From the NCBI GenBank assembly GCA_051439505.1, contig JBFRWI010000208.1:1-64000 (forward strand): a stretch of DNA of 64,000 nt. The letters are read 5' to 3'. The translations under genes and the position numbers were made by a program. This DNA is from Hormoscilla sp. Lineage in GTDB: Bacteria > Cyanobacteriota > Cyanobacteriia > Cyanobacteriales > Desertifilaceae. Below the pieces are notes generated by a model that was not told the DNA's origin, searched no databases, and was given only the letters and a program-made list of their open reading frames with translations. Shown one piece after another: positions 30,841 to 41,170 of the stretch; position 1 is the first letter of the stretch; each line of letters begins with the position of its first letter.

Positions 30841-31208
30841 GTCAGATTAGTATTTACCTAGATGAAGATAGTGTTGAGAAGTCCTTGATTGCAGCTTTCC
30901 GTAATGCTAGCTTTGATGTAGTCACAGTTGCAGATGTAGGCAGGGAAAGTTATGCAGATGAAGATCAACTAATCTGGGCCACACAACAGAGGCGCGTCAT
31001 CTACAGCTACAACCGAGGAGACTTCTGCCGACTGCATAGCGAATTTATGGCAGTCCAGAGGAGCCATACTGGCATTATATTGCTCCGGCAACAACGCTAT
31101 TCAATTGGACAGCAGTTACGAGGTTTGCTAAATTTGGCTGCTGACAAATCAGCCTCGGAGATGGTAAACCAACTGGTGTTCCTGAGTTATTATATTGAGA
31201 AAAACTGA
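30837..31208 (+). CDS. DUF5615 family PIN-like toxin
   Basis: IYLDED, DEDQL, NRGDF and HTGII motifs; ATGA overlap with the DUF433 gene. Confidence 0.9.
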   Translation: MSQISIYLDEDSVEKSLIAAFRNASFDVVTVADVGRESYADEDQLIWATQQRRVIYSYNRGDFCRLHSEFMAVQRSHTGIILLRQQRYSIGQQLRGLLNLAADKSASEMVNQLVFLSYYIEKN

Positions 31209-31477
31209 AGGTAGCGATCGGGAGTCAGACTAAACCAAATGGTGGGTCGATCTATCTGGAGAGCACTAATCGCACTACTCCAGATAGATCGAAGGTGCCT
31301 ACTGCCGCTGCGCGGAATTCAAAATTCAAAATTCAGAATTCAAAATGCTTTGGGAGCAAGGCTTTGAGCCACTTCCGGCTGGTGCATTATTTCCGCCGCG
31401 CTGCACTACCCTACTACAATATTACTATAGCCCGAAAATTGTTGCGATCGAAACTGAATATTTTTTAGTCGGTTTTA

Positions 31478-31660
31478 ACTCAGATCTTGCACCATTCTCA
31501 ACGGTCGGCGGAGCGGAGATAATTCGTTCCCAGGCTCCCGCCTGGGAACGAGGGTAAAACGACGAGAAATAAATGATTCCAGCCCTCTCCCCTCTCCCCG
31601 TGTCCCCGCGTCCCCGTGTCCGGTGCGTCCGCTAAATGCGAATGGTGCAAGATCTCAATT
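31478..31660. mobile_element. MITE-like element with CTCAGATCTTGCACCATTC / GAATGGTGCAAGATCTCA ends
   Basis: Inverted ends; it interrupts a family D TAGTCGGTTTTAAC..CGACT palindrome; related ends at ~712-730 and ~60292-60314. Confidence 0.65.
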
Positions 31661-31679
31661 TTAACCGACTCCTACCGAG

Positions 31680-33683
31680 TTACCTGGCTCCGCCTGGTAA
31701 CGCGGGGGCTTGAACCCCCGGCGGGCTTTGTGATAGATAACCGCGCGGAGTAATCATCCAATCACCGTGGGTATGGGTACTTTGATTACCGATCAGCACT
31801 GTAGTCAGCATGTCAATGGGTATTTCCAGGAATTTGTCAAGGGTTGTCAGGGTAATTTGTTCTGATTCTCGGTATACCGAACGGACGATCGCCACGGGAG
31901 TATCTGGTTTCCGGTATTGTAGAAATATCTGCTGGGCCGTGACTATTTGCCGAGTCCGGTTGGCAGATTTAGGGTTATAGAGTGCGGTGACAAAATCTGC
32001 TTGGGCGGCGGCGTGCAGGCGCTTTTCGATTACCTCCCAAGGTGTTAGCAAGTCACTCAAGCTGATGGCACAGAAATCATGCATTAAGGGCGCACCCACC
32101 TTCGCTGCTGCTGCTTGCATGGCTGTAATTCCTGGCAACACTTCTACGATGGGTATTTTCCCATCCCAACCTGATGTTCGTAATTGTTCCATGACCAATC
32201 CTGCCATGGCATAAATGCCGCAATCTCCTGAAGAGATGACTGCTACTGTTAAACCCCAATTTGCAAGTTCTATGGCCCGTTCTCCCCGTTGGCGTTCCTG
32301 AGTAATGGGAAATGCTTCGACAATTTGTCCCGGACGCCGCAAAGGGGCAATTAAATCGATATAGAGACTATAACCGATAATTACATCGGCACTAACGATC
32401 GCAGTTTGAGCCCCTGGGGTGATTTGGTCTAATTGTCCCGGCCCGATGCCCACAAGTAATAGTTTACCTGTACGTCCTGTATATTCTACAGCCGATTGGG
32501 CGATCGCCACCGTGACTGCCCCTGGTTCCCCTTCTGTTCTGAAAATTTCCTTGGCAACCAATAGAGATGCTTCCTGACTTACTTCTCCCGTTGACAAAGG
32601 TGCTGTATTAAGCCCGCGCAGGCGGGCTTCGTTCTTGTAGCCCCACTCTTTAGGGTGGGGGTATGAGTGCGCAGCAAGTAAAGCAGCAGCTTCGGCGACG
32701 CTGGGAGTTCCTACTGCTTTTTCGACTACAGTTGAAGGGGTAGGGACAGCGACAGAACGCAGCATTTCTGCTGGGAAACTGCGTAGGGGAAAGAGGCGAT
32801 CGCGACAGAGTTCCACCAACCCGACTTCATCAGCTTTGATGTCAATTGTAGCCACCCCTGCGATCGCCCCTTCTGCCAAAGCATGGGTTTGCATGACTTC
32901 TGTAATTGCCCTTTCAATCATCTGACGTGAAGTTCCTCGTTCGCAACCTATTCCCACCCACAAAACTCTCGGATGCCATTGCACTTGGGGTATATCGGAC
33001 TCGGGGGATAATTGGCGATGGGTAACGCATATTCTCCCTTTGGGGGATATTTTATCCTTATCCAACTGAAAATAAAATTGATGTCCTTCGGGAAGATGCT
33101 TTTGCCAAAGGGTTGTGCCAACTTCTTGCATTACCTGGACGGGTTCTCCCCTGGCAACTGCTGCACTCACTCCCGTCCAGTCCCCAGGGCCCCGCTGCCA
33201 ACCAAAGGGAACCCCCAGCATATCTACTCCTGGTAATTGTAAGGCAGCGGATGCCCCTGTTAAGATCGGAGTTGCCCCCAGTTGCAGTGCAATTAACCTG
33301 GCTAATTTGTCAGCGCCCCCTTGATGTCCGCCGCACAAACTGATGACAAATTTACCAGCTTCATCTATAACTATGACAGCGGGGTCGCGAGATTTATCCT
33401 CTAGCAAGGGAGCAATTAAGCGCACGACTGCCCCAGTTGCCAGGCAGAAGATCAACGCCCGATGGTTTGACCACAGGGTGGTAAGATGTGAGTGGAGAGA
33501 ACCTTGGTAAACCCGCGTCCCGGGAATATTATCTAAGGATGCTGGTACCCAAATGTTCGCAGTTTCGTTCGCATTCTCGTTCGTAGTAAGCACTTTAGTG
33601 CTTAATAACTGGAGGCATTTAGCGGCAGTGGGGGTGACGGCGATCGCAGCTAGTGGTTGAAATTCGCTCTCTAGTGATATCAT
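31680..33683 (-). CDS. cobJ: CbiG / precorrin-3B C17-methyltransferase fusion
   Basis: CbiG motifs DPAVIVID, GHQGGAD, VGIGCERG and SVAEAAA; CobJ motifs VGIGPG, SSGDCGIY, HDFCAISLSD and ITPRGY. Confidence 0.95.
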   Translation of the reverse strand: MISLESEFQPLAAIAVTPTAAKCLQLLSTKVLTTNENANETANIWVPASLDNIPGTRVYQGSLHSHLTTLWSNHRALIFCLATGAVVRLIAPLLEDKSRDPAVIVIDEAGKFVISLCGGHQGGADKLARLIALQLGATPILTGASAALQLPGVDMLGVPFGWQRGPGDWTGVSAAVARGEPVQVMQEVGTTLWQKHLPEGHQFYFQLDKDKISPKGRICVTHRQLSPESDIPQVQWHPRVLWVGIGCERGTSRQMIERAITEVMQTHALAEGAIAGVATIDIKADEVGLVELCRDRLFPLRSFPAEMLRSVAVPTPSTVVEKAVGTPSVAEAAALLAAHSYPHPKEWGYKNEARLRGLNTAPLSTGEVSQEASLLVAKEIFRTEGEPGAVTVAIAQSAVEYTGRTGKLLLVGIGPGQLDQITPGAQTAIVSADVIIGYSLYIDLIAPLRRPGQIVEAFPITQERQRGERAIELANWGLTVAVISSGDCGIYAMAGLVMEQLRTSGWDGKIPIVEVLPGITAMQAAAAKVGAPLMHDFCAISLSDLLTPWEVIEKRLHAAAQADFVTALYNPKSANRTRQIVTAQQIFLQYRKPDTPVAIVRSVYRESEQITLTTLDKFLEIPIDMLTTVLIGNQSTHTHGDWMITPRGYLSQSPPGVQAPALPGGAR

Positions 33684-33756
33684 AGATTATGCTTCCTCCT
33701 TTGCAGCCCGACAGGCAAGATGAGATCGGTTATTCATTGTAGTAGTGTAGTACAGA

Positions 33757-35661
33757 ATGAAAAGCAATTCCAATTATCCCGCTAACTCCAAACAATTACA
33801 ACGTCTTCTGATCCTTTATTGGGCCCTGGCGAGTTTTGCTATCAGCGCCGTCGTGGCGCTGATGAGCATCATGCCCCTGTACAACCAATTGAAAAAACAG
33901 GAGGAAAGAAATCTCCAGTTCGCCGTTCATACCCGCACCATGACGGTCAATCAATTCCTATCGGGCTCTAAAAATGTCGCAGAGCAGATTGCCAGCCGCA
34001 CTAAAGCCCGTAAAATATTACAAGAATACAACAGGGGAACCCTCAGCATGGATGAGGTTGCCAAAGAAGTATCCAGCATCTTGACTGACGCCCTCAACCG
34101 GTCGTCCGATGTTGTCGGGATAACGCGCCTGGATGCAACGAGTAAGCTGATCGCTCAGGTGGGGTTGCCAATTCCATCTGAATTTTGGTCGATACCGCCA
34201 GCGGGTTCTCAAGAGGTGTTGGTTTCCGAGCCGATCGGGCTACAGGAGGAGTCCTATTTAGTGGTGGGAGCCCCAATTATCAACCCTACCTCTAAAGGGC
34301 GGGTGGGAACGGACATCGTTTTGTTCAAGATTACTGGTTTACAACGGATTGTAACAAATTACAGGGGTTTGGGCAAAACTGGGGAAATCATTCTCGGCGC
34401 TGTAAAAAATAACCAAGTACAATTGTTTTTCCCCTTGCGAAATCTCCGAAAGGCATCTGTCAGTATGTTGTCCGCGATGGAAAAAGCCGTAGCATCAGGA
34501 GAAGCGCAGCTGCTGAAAGTCTCCACAGGATCGGAACAAACGGCGATCGTTGCCACTGAGCCAATTAAAAATAGCAACTGGGGGCTGGCTATCAAGATCG
34601 ATCGCCGGGAGTTTTATGCGCCAGTCAATCGGCAACTGGTAATTGTCGCTATCGCGATCGTATTTATGATTTGCCTGGGTACTGGCGGTGTCGTGCTGTT
34701 GCTGCGTCCCCTTGCCGATCGGGCGATCGTCCATATGGATGAATTAGAGGGACAAATTCAAGAAAAAATCCAGGAAGTGACGAATTTGCTTGCGGAAAAA
34801 ACGGTTGCCTTGGAAGAACTCAAGCAGGCCCAAACTCAGTTGGTTCAGAATGAGAAAATGGCAGCTTTGGGTCAGTTAATCGCCGGTGTTGCTCATGAAA
34901 TAAATAATCCCACTAGCTTTATTTATGGTAATATTGCCCCAGCTACGGACTATGCTTCCGACTTAATCGAAATGATTCAACTTTACGCGCAACATTATCC
35001 TCACCCGAGTCCGGAAATTAAATCAGCGGCTGAAGAAATAGAGTTGGAATTCCTGATCGAAGATTTTCCTAAACTATTGGCGTCCATGAAAGTAGGGGCC
35101 GATCGCATCAGGGAGATAGTCCAGTCCCTGCGGAACTTCTCGCGCTTAGATGAAGCAGAAATGAAACAGGTAGATATCCATGAAGGCATCGACAGCACCT
35201 TGATGATTCTCGAAAGTCGCCTCAAGGAAAAGCCCGATCGCCCCAGAATTGAAATCATCAAAAATTATGGGTTACTGCCTTTAGTGCCATGCTACCCCGG
35301 TCAGTTAAATCAAGTGTTTATGAACATCCTCGTCAATGCCATTGATGCTATAGACGAGTTAAATCATCAAGAATTATCACAAACCAGTAAAATTTGCATT
35401 AGTACCAGTTTAGCAGAATCTGACCGGGTGGCGATCGAAATTAAGGATAATGGACCGGGGATCCCCGAAACCGTGCAGAATCGTTTATTTGAACCTTTCT
35501 TTACTACCAAACCGGTGGGCAAGGGGACCGGTTTGGGATTATCTATTAGTTACCAGATTATCGTCGATCGGCACGGCGGGCAATTGCGCTGCATCTCCTC
35601 TCCTGATGCTGGCACTGAGTTCGCGATCGCCATTCCCCTGCGCCCCGAGGGTGCTTTGTAG
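33757..35661 (+). CDS. Membrane-bound sensor histidine kinase (Cache-like extracytoplasmic domain)
   Basis: Two TMs; EKMAALGQLIAGVAHEINNP, NQVFMNILVNAID and DNGPG..FFTTKPVGKGTGLGL motifs. Confidence 0.93.
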   Translation: MKSNSNYPANSKQLQRLLILYWALASFAISAVVALMSIMPLYNQLKKQEERNLQFAVHTRTMTVNQFLSGSKNVAEQIASRTKARKILQEYNRGTLSMDEVAKEVSSILTDALNRSSDVVGITRLDATSKLIAQVGLPIPSEFWSIPPAGSQEVLVSEPIGLQEESYLVVGAPIINPTSKGRVGTDIVLFKITGLQRIVTNYRGLGKTGEIILGAVKNNQVQLFFPLRNLRKASVSMLSAMEKAVASGEAQLLKVSTGSEQTAIVATEPIKNSNWGLAIKIDRREFYAPVNRQLVIVAIAIVFMICLGTGGVVLLLRPLADRAIVHMDELEGQIQEKIQEVTNLLAEKTVALEELKQAQTQLVQNEKMAALGQLIAGVAHEINNPTSFIYGNIAPATDYASDLIEMIQLYAQHYPHPSPEIKSAAEEIELEFLIEDFPKLLASMKVGADRIREIVQSLRNFSRLDEAEMKQVDIHEGIDSTLMILESRLKEKPDRPRIEIIKNYGLLPLVPCYPGQLNQVFMNILVNAIDAIDELNHQELSQTSKICISTSLAESDRVAIEIKDNGPGIPETVQNRLFEPFFTTKPVGKGTGLGLSISYQIIVDRHGGQLRCISSPDAGTEFAIAIPLRPEGAL

Positions 35662-35725
35662 GTCACCAGAGAGTGAAAAAGCCTGCGATCGGATATAATA
35701 TAACTAATGATATTCTCATAAACTC

Positions 35726-36562
35726 ATGAAAGATTCGTCACGAGTTGACAAATGGTACAGGGAAGTAGCGGATAGCTGGACCTCAGAACAACGAAAAAGC
35801 TGGTACAGTGCCGTAGCTTCTGCCTACAACAGGACCAGACCTCGCTATCCCAAAGCTATGATATCACGGGTATTGGAGATAGCGCAACTCCCAGAGGATG
35901 CCAGGATTTTGGAAATAGGATGTGGTCCGGGGAATGCAACGGCAGCTTTTGGGAAATTAGGCTTGCAAATGGTCTGTCTAGAACCAAGTGAGCCAGCATG
36001 TCAGTTGGCGCGACAAAACTCTGCCCAGTATAGCAATGTCGAGATTAAGAATACCAGCTTTGAGGAGTGGGAACTAGAGCCAAAGAGATTTGATGGGGTG
36101 TTAGCAGCAACGGCTTTTCATTGGGTTGCGCCCGAGAGAGGGTATCCCAAAATCACTGCGGCATTAAAAGCCAGAGGGGCTCTAATTTTACTCTGGAACA
36201 CCTCAGCCCAGCCCCCCTATGAAGTTTACCAAATGTTAGATGAAGTCTATCAGATCCACGCTCCATCTCTGGGACGATATGAAGACAGAAAAATTCAGTT
36301 AGCCAACCTGAACCAGTTTGTCCAGAAGGTGAAGGACTCAGGTTATTTCCAGGACTGGAATTCCGAAGATTTCCCCTGTGAAGTAACATATAGCATTGAT
36401 GATTATTTGGCGCTGTTGAGTACCTACTCTCCCTACATCAACCTAGAGTCCCAGCAGCGAGATTTATTGTTTGCCGGTTTGAGGGAAACCCTAGAGAAGA
36501 ACTGCGGCAATAGTATCCAACTCTCATATCTGTCAGCTTTTCAGCTTGCCAGCAAAAGGTGA
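35726..36562 (+). CDS. Class I SAM-dependent methyltransferase
   Basis: YNRTRPRYP, ILEIGCGPG and AATAFHW motifs. Confidence 0.9.
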   Translation: MKDSSRVDKWYREVADSWTSEQRKSWYSAVASAYNRTRPRYPKAMISRVLEIAQLPEDARILEIGCGPGNATAAFGKLGLQMVCLEPSEPACQLARQNSAQYSNVEIKNTSFEEWELEPKRFDGVLAATAFHWVAPERGYPKITAALKARGALILLWNTSAQPPYEVYQMLDEVYQIHAPSLGRYEDRKIQLANLNQFVQKVKDSGYFQDWNSEDFPCEVTYSIDDYLALLSTYSPYINLESQQRDLLFAGLRETLEKNCGNSIQLSYLSAFQLASKR

Positions 36563-36778
36563 ATGTCATGGGTGGATATCACCAGTGATGGCAAAGCAAA
36601 CAGTACAACCCACAAAATATTACCTCCGTATAAATACTTGTACGACTTGCCAAGGTTCCACCCATGTTACAAACATAATCCAAAAAGAAGTACAAAATTT
36701 TTGATGTCATCCTTTATATGTGAGATATAATGAAGTAGAACATTTGTAATACTACCTACGGTACCGGAGAACTTATCA

Positions 36779-37846
36779 GTGCAATTGAACGCAGTTGATT
36801 TAAGAGAGTCTCAACAAGAGGAACCCTCAACAGCAGTCCCAGAACTCCCATTCACATTACAGCAGTTGAAAGCAGCGATTCCCGCCTATTGCTTTCAACC
36901 AAATGCGGGAAAATCTCTGTCCTACTTTTTTCTCGATATCGGGATTATTACCGGTTTATATGCTGTGGCTCATAGTCTAGATTCCTGGTTTTTCTGGCCA
37001 ATATTCTGGCTAATGCAAGGAACCATGTTCTGGGCACTGTTTGTTGTCGGACATGACTGCGGGCATCGTTCCTTTTCCCGATACAAGTGGCTGAATGATA
37101 CGATTGGTCATCTGGCTCATGCACCAATTCTAGTGCCATTCCACGGCTGGCGGATCAGCCATCGTACTCACCACCAAAATACAGGCAATATCGATACGGA
37201 TGAAAGCTGGTATCCTCTAACAGAATCATTCTATGAGGAGACGCCTTGGTATGTAAAGTTTGCCCGTTACGATATAGTGCTGTTTGGATATCCCATATAT
37301 CTGTTTAATCGAACCCCTGGCAAGCAAGGCAATCATTTTAACCCTAGCAGCCCTCTGTTTAAGCCTTCAGATAAATGGGACGTGATCGTTAGCACGATTA
37401 GCTGTGTATTGATGGTGGGGCTGCTAGGCTTTCTGACTTATGAATGGGGCGTGATGTGGTTAGTAAAATACTATCTCGTACCTTATGTAGTGTTTGTAAT
37501 GTGGCTGGGTTTAGTCACATATCTGCATCACACGGATCCAGATATTCCCTGGTATCGGGGCGAAGATTGGTATTTTCTCAAGGGTGCTTTGTCTACGATC
37601 GATCATGATTACGGGTTGATTAACAATATCCACCATAATATCGGCACCCATGTAGTTCATCACTTGTTTTTGAGTATTCCTCATTATCATTTGCTGACAG
37701 CAACGGAGGCGATCAAGCCTATTTTAGGGGATTACTACCGCAAGTCAGAACGCTCAATTTGGCAAGCTTTCTGGCGTTCCCAAAAAACTTGCTATGTGGT
37801 GGCAGATATTGGCTCTCCAGTGTATTACAAACCCCCGAAAAAATAG
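36779..37846 (+). CDS. desB: Omega-3 (delta-15) acyl-lipid desaturase
   Basis: His boxes HDCGH, HRTHH and HVVHH; PFTLQQLKAAIP; DTDESWYP. Confidence 0.92.
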   Translation: MQLNAVDLRESQQEEPSTAVPELPFTLQQLKAAIPAYCFQPNAGKSLSYFFLDIGIITGLYAVAHSLDSWFFWPIFWLMQGTMFWALFVVGHDCGHRSFSRYKWLNDTIGHLAHAPILVPFHGWRISHRTHHQNTGNIDTDESWYPLTESFYEETPWYVKFARYDIVLFGYPIYLFNRTPGKQGNHFNPSSPLFKPSDKWDVIVSTISCVLMVGLLGFLTYEWGVMWLVKYYLVPYVVFVMWLGLVTYLHHTDPDIPWYRGEDWYFLKGALSTIDHDYGLINNIHHNIGTHVVHHLFLSIPHYHLLTATEAIKPILGDYYRKSERSIWQAFWRSQKTCYVVADIGSPVYYKPPKK

Positions 37847-37871
37847 ACTAAAATAGGAGCTTAGTCTACAG

Positions 37872-37923
37872 ACCCCACCCTCAAGGGTGGGGCTATACAT
37901 TCCCTATCCGCCTGCGCGGGCTA
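37872..37923. repeat. Palindromic repeat family C (CCCCACCCTCAAGGGTGGGGCTA...CCGCCTGCGCGGGCTA)
   Basis: Copies at 1913-1965, ~21955-22006, ~30370-30418, 32609-32662. Confidence 0.8.
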
Positions 37924-37959
37924 TTTGACGAGACAAATAATTACGATGACGAGCTAGAG

Positions 37960-38160
37960 ATGGAATAGCAAGAGATTATCACAATTGAGCCTGGAAAACG
38001 CAACTGCTAGCCCTGTATTCGGGGGATGCGAATCACCGTATACGATATCTTGGAATATCTGGCAGGTGGCATGACGGAAGCGGAAATTATGGAAGATTTT
38101 TCTGAACTTACCTCAGAAGATATCAAAGCTTGTCTGGCTTTTGCGAGCGATCGGGAATAA
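37960..38160 (+). pseudogene. DUF433 antitoxin pseudogene
   Basis: ME*QEIITIEPGKRNC*PCIRGMRITVYDILEYLAGGMT...IKACLAFA with two in-frame stops. Confidence 0.8.
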
Positions 38161-38204
38161 TCTTAATGTTGCCATAGTGTAAAATCGAAGGGAGGGTGCA
38201 TATT

Positions 38205-38447
38205 ATGAACGAAACAAATTTTGACGAGACCGATAATTTAGATGACGATCTAGATGCTGAGTACAACTTTTATGACAAGAAGGCGAAACATAATCGCTTT
38301 GCTATTTCTGCTGGAAAGCAACGGTTAAACGTTGTAGTTTTAGATGAAGACGTAGCTAGAGTTTTTACAACTTCAGAATCGGTTAATAAGGCGTTAAGGG
38401 CGTTAATTGAGTCAATGCCACAAGCCGCAAATGACGACACAGCCTAA
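38205..38447 (+). CDS. Orphan BrnA/CopG-like antitoxin
   Basis: EYNF..NRFA..VVLDEDVARVFTTSESVNKALRALI. Confidence 0.65.
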   Translation: MNETNFDETDNLDDDLDAEYNFYDKKAKHNRFAISAGKQRLNVVVLDEDVARVFTTSESVNKALRALIESMPQAANDDTA

Positions 38448-38810
38448 ACTCCTGTAGGTTGGGTTGAGGTACGAAACCCAACAGTACACGCTGTTAGCCC
38501 GCAGGGGGTTCAAACCCCCGAGTTACCAGGCGGGAGCCAGGTAACTCGGTAGGAGTCGGTTAAAACCGACTAATAAAATAATGCTTACAAGCGTAGGGTG
38601 GGCATCGCCCACCATTGAGCCAAAATTGATGCGCGATCTACCATATTATGTAATCAATTAATGTGTAAAAAAATATGCAAATTATCAAAAAAATATGCTT
38701 GTTAGGCATTGATAAGCACAGATAAATCCAGTTTAAGTTCCGCTTTGCCCCCAAACAAACCACCAGTTGTGATAGAATACCCATAACGATCAGTTTCAAC
38801 CGTTAAAGAA

Positions 38811-39002
38811 ATGACTGCTTTAGCTGAAGAAATTCTTAATTCTTTTGATAAACTGCCCACCCCAGAACAACGGTCAGTTGGGCGAGAGATATTGAGACGG
38901 CTCGTCCATTTTGACCTGAGACCCTTGACAGATGAGGACTTGGTTTTAAATGCGGAAGAGCTATTTTTAGCATTAGATCGACAAGAGGCGGAGCATGATT
39001 AA
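38811..39002 (+). CDS. Small antitoxin-like hypothetical protein
   Basis: EILRR..LTDEDLVLNAEELFLALD; an overlapping downstream ATG is cut off by a repeat. Confidence 0.55.
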   Translation: MTALAEEILNSFDKLPTPEQRSVGREILRRLVHFDLRPLTDEDLVLNAEELFLALDRQEAEHD

Positions 39003-39169
39003 TCCTAGAAACCCGGTTTCTGGTCACGCGCGCGATCGGGGGGCAAACCCCATAGGAGTTTCCTGTCATCGCAGTTCCTGTAAACTGCTCGCATATCGCC
39101 TGTGATAGAATCCCTGTCATGACCCGATCGAATGGGAAACCACCCTGACCAAAGCCTACGACGCCAACT

Positions 39170-40339
39170 ATGTCCCAAAATAATCGTAACTCCAATCCTA
39201 TCTATCTGCTCGGGGCGATCGCAGGCATAATCAGTGCGATCGTCACTGTACTGACTTACCTGGATATCAAACCTTCTTCCCTTATTCCTGCTACTGAGAC
39301 AACAAAAGAGCCAACTTCTGCATCAACGAAAAAACCAACTCAAGGTCCTACTCCCAGTTCGCCAACTCCTAGTTCTACCCCAAGGAGTCAACCAAAAGTC
39401 ATCCCTGCCTCACGGGTTGACTGGAAAAAGGCGACTCTTGCCACAACCCTCAGCGGCCATTCAGGATCCTCCGTCTTATCCGTCGCGATCGGCCCTAATG
39501 GTAAAACTTTAGCCAGTGGCAGTAAAAACGGTATTATCAAAATCTGGAGTTTGGAGACATTTCGAGAAATTGCTACCCTCACCAGGCATTCAGGCCCTGT
39601 CTATTCCGTCGCGATCAGCCCCGATGGCAAGACTTTAGTCCGTGGCAGTTGGAAAACTATCAATCTCTGGAGCTTGGAGACATTCGGACTAATCGCTACT
39701 CTCACCGGGCATTCACACTCTGTCTATTCCGTCGCGATCAGCCCCGATGGCAAGACTTTAGCCAGTAGCAGTTCAGACAAGACTATCAAACTCTGGAGTT
39801 TGGAGTCATTGAGCGAAATCGCTAATCTCCCCTGGTGGCGGCGTTCACAGATATTCTATTCCGTCGCGTTCAGCCCCGATGGCAAGACTTTAGCCAGTGG
39901 CAGTCAATACGGTGCTATCAGCATCTGGAGTTTGGAGAAATTGCAAGAAGAAATTTCTCTTCCTACCAGGTATCTTCAATCTATCTGGTCTGTCGCCTTC
40001 AGCCCTGATGGCAAGACTTTAGTCAGTGGCAGTAGTGACAAGACCATCAAAATCTGGAGTTGGGAGACATCCCGAGAAATTGCTCTCAAACCTTGGTTTT
40101 GGTCTTCAGACTACTCTGTAAAGTCCGTCGCGATCAGCCCCGATGGCAAGACTTTAGCCAGTGGCAATTCTGACGGTACTATCAAACTCTGGAGTTTGGA
40201 GACATTTCGACAAATCACTACCCTCAAGGGGCATTCATCCTCTGTCAATTCTGTCGCGTTCAGCCCCGATGGCAAGACTTTAGTCAGTGGCAGTAGTGAC
40301 GGGACTATCAAGATTTGGCGGACAAGATCGAGTAACTAA
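39170..40339 (+). CDS. WD40 repeat protein with N-terminal TM and Pro/Ser/Thr linker
   Basis: Seven SVAISPDGKTLASGS..TIKLW repeats. Confidence 0.93.
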   Translation: MSQNNRNSNPIYLLGAIAGIISAIVTVLTYLDIKPSSLIPATETTKEPTSASTKKPTQGPTPSSPTPSSTPRSQPKVIPASRVDWKKATLATTLSGHSGSSVLSVAIGPNGKTLASGSKNGIIKIWSLETFREIATLTRHSGPVYSVAISPDGKTLVRGSWKTINLWSLETFGLIATLTGHSHSVYSVAISPDGKTLASSSSDKTIKLWSLESLSEIANLPWWRRSQIFYSVAFSPDGKTLASGSQYGAISIWSLEKLQEEISLPTRYLQSIWSVAFSPDGKTLVSGSSDKTIKIWSWETSREIALKPWFWSSDYSVKSVAISPDGKTLASGNSDGTIKLWSLETFRQITTLKGHSSSVNSVAFSPDGKTLVSGSSDGTIKIWRTRSSN

Positions 40340-40386
40340 AAGGGAAAAGTGGGAAAGGTGGTTCGCCACGGCAGAGAAGAGATAAT

Positions 40387-40722
40387 CTAACCAACAGCGT
40401 AGGGAGTAAACTTCCGCATAAACGGAGAATGAAACCCGATAACTATGTCCTGGTTGTCTACGCCTCTTGCTACTAATTCAGCCGCCAAGTCTATCTCCGT
40501 TGCATTCCACTGAATCCAGATTTTTTCATCTTTGATATCCAAATGAATTATACAACTATGTATCCAGGTTTGCCGGTCCCAACCCAGGTAAACAATTTGG
40601 TAATGATTCCGTTCGACATCGAAAATCGTTTCAACTTCTATTTCACCATGTGCGGGCTTGTGTTGACTGTAATCTAATAACAATTCTTGAATGCAATGAC
40701 GATATGCTTCTAGTTTTTCCAT
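40387..40722 (-). CDS. XisI family protein
   Basis: FDVERNHYQ..GW..HLDIKDEKIWIQ..DIVIGF; only a XisH-like C-terminal stub (EEELLVQWKN*) remains upstream. Confidence 0.9.
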   Translation of the reverse strand: MEKLEAYRHCIQELLLDYSQHKPAHGEIEVETIFDVERNHYQIVYLGWDRQTWIHSCIIHLDIKDEKIWIQWNATEIDLAAELVARGVDNQDIVIGFHSPFMRKFTPYAVG

Positions 40723-41170
40723 TGGACGAGTAACTCCTCTTCAGCCGAATGCAACGCAAATAACATATATTGGTTGGGTTTGGTCTCCTGGCCCGCCGTG
40801 GGTTCAAACCCACGGCTAATAGCTAAAGTGGGTTAAAACCCACTGGAAGCATTATCGCTGACAGGATTTAGTCTACAATCTTGAAAAATATTCGGTACAT
40901 TCGGTACCTTATGCTGCACGGATGCGAGGGGAGGCGGGAGCCTCAGAAGAGCCTTCCCAGGTAGCACCCGTCGCAGAGGGGAAATTATATAACATATATT
41001 GGTTGGGTTTCGTGCCTCTACCCAACCTACAGGCGATCGCCATATTTTGAAAGAAAAAATTACAATTGTTTAATCATTATCTTTTCTCAGTCGGTTTCAA
41101 CCGACTTTAGCTATTAGCCGGGGGTTTGAACCCCCGGCGGGCTAACAGCGAAGTGAGAAGTGAATTGTAA

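Noticed and set aside
36746..36759. NtcA-like GTA-N8-TAC upstream of desB
   Set aside because: A short motif expected by chance, with no correctly spaced -10 element downstream
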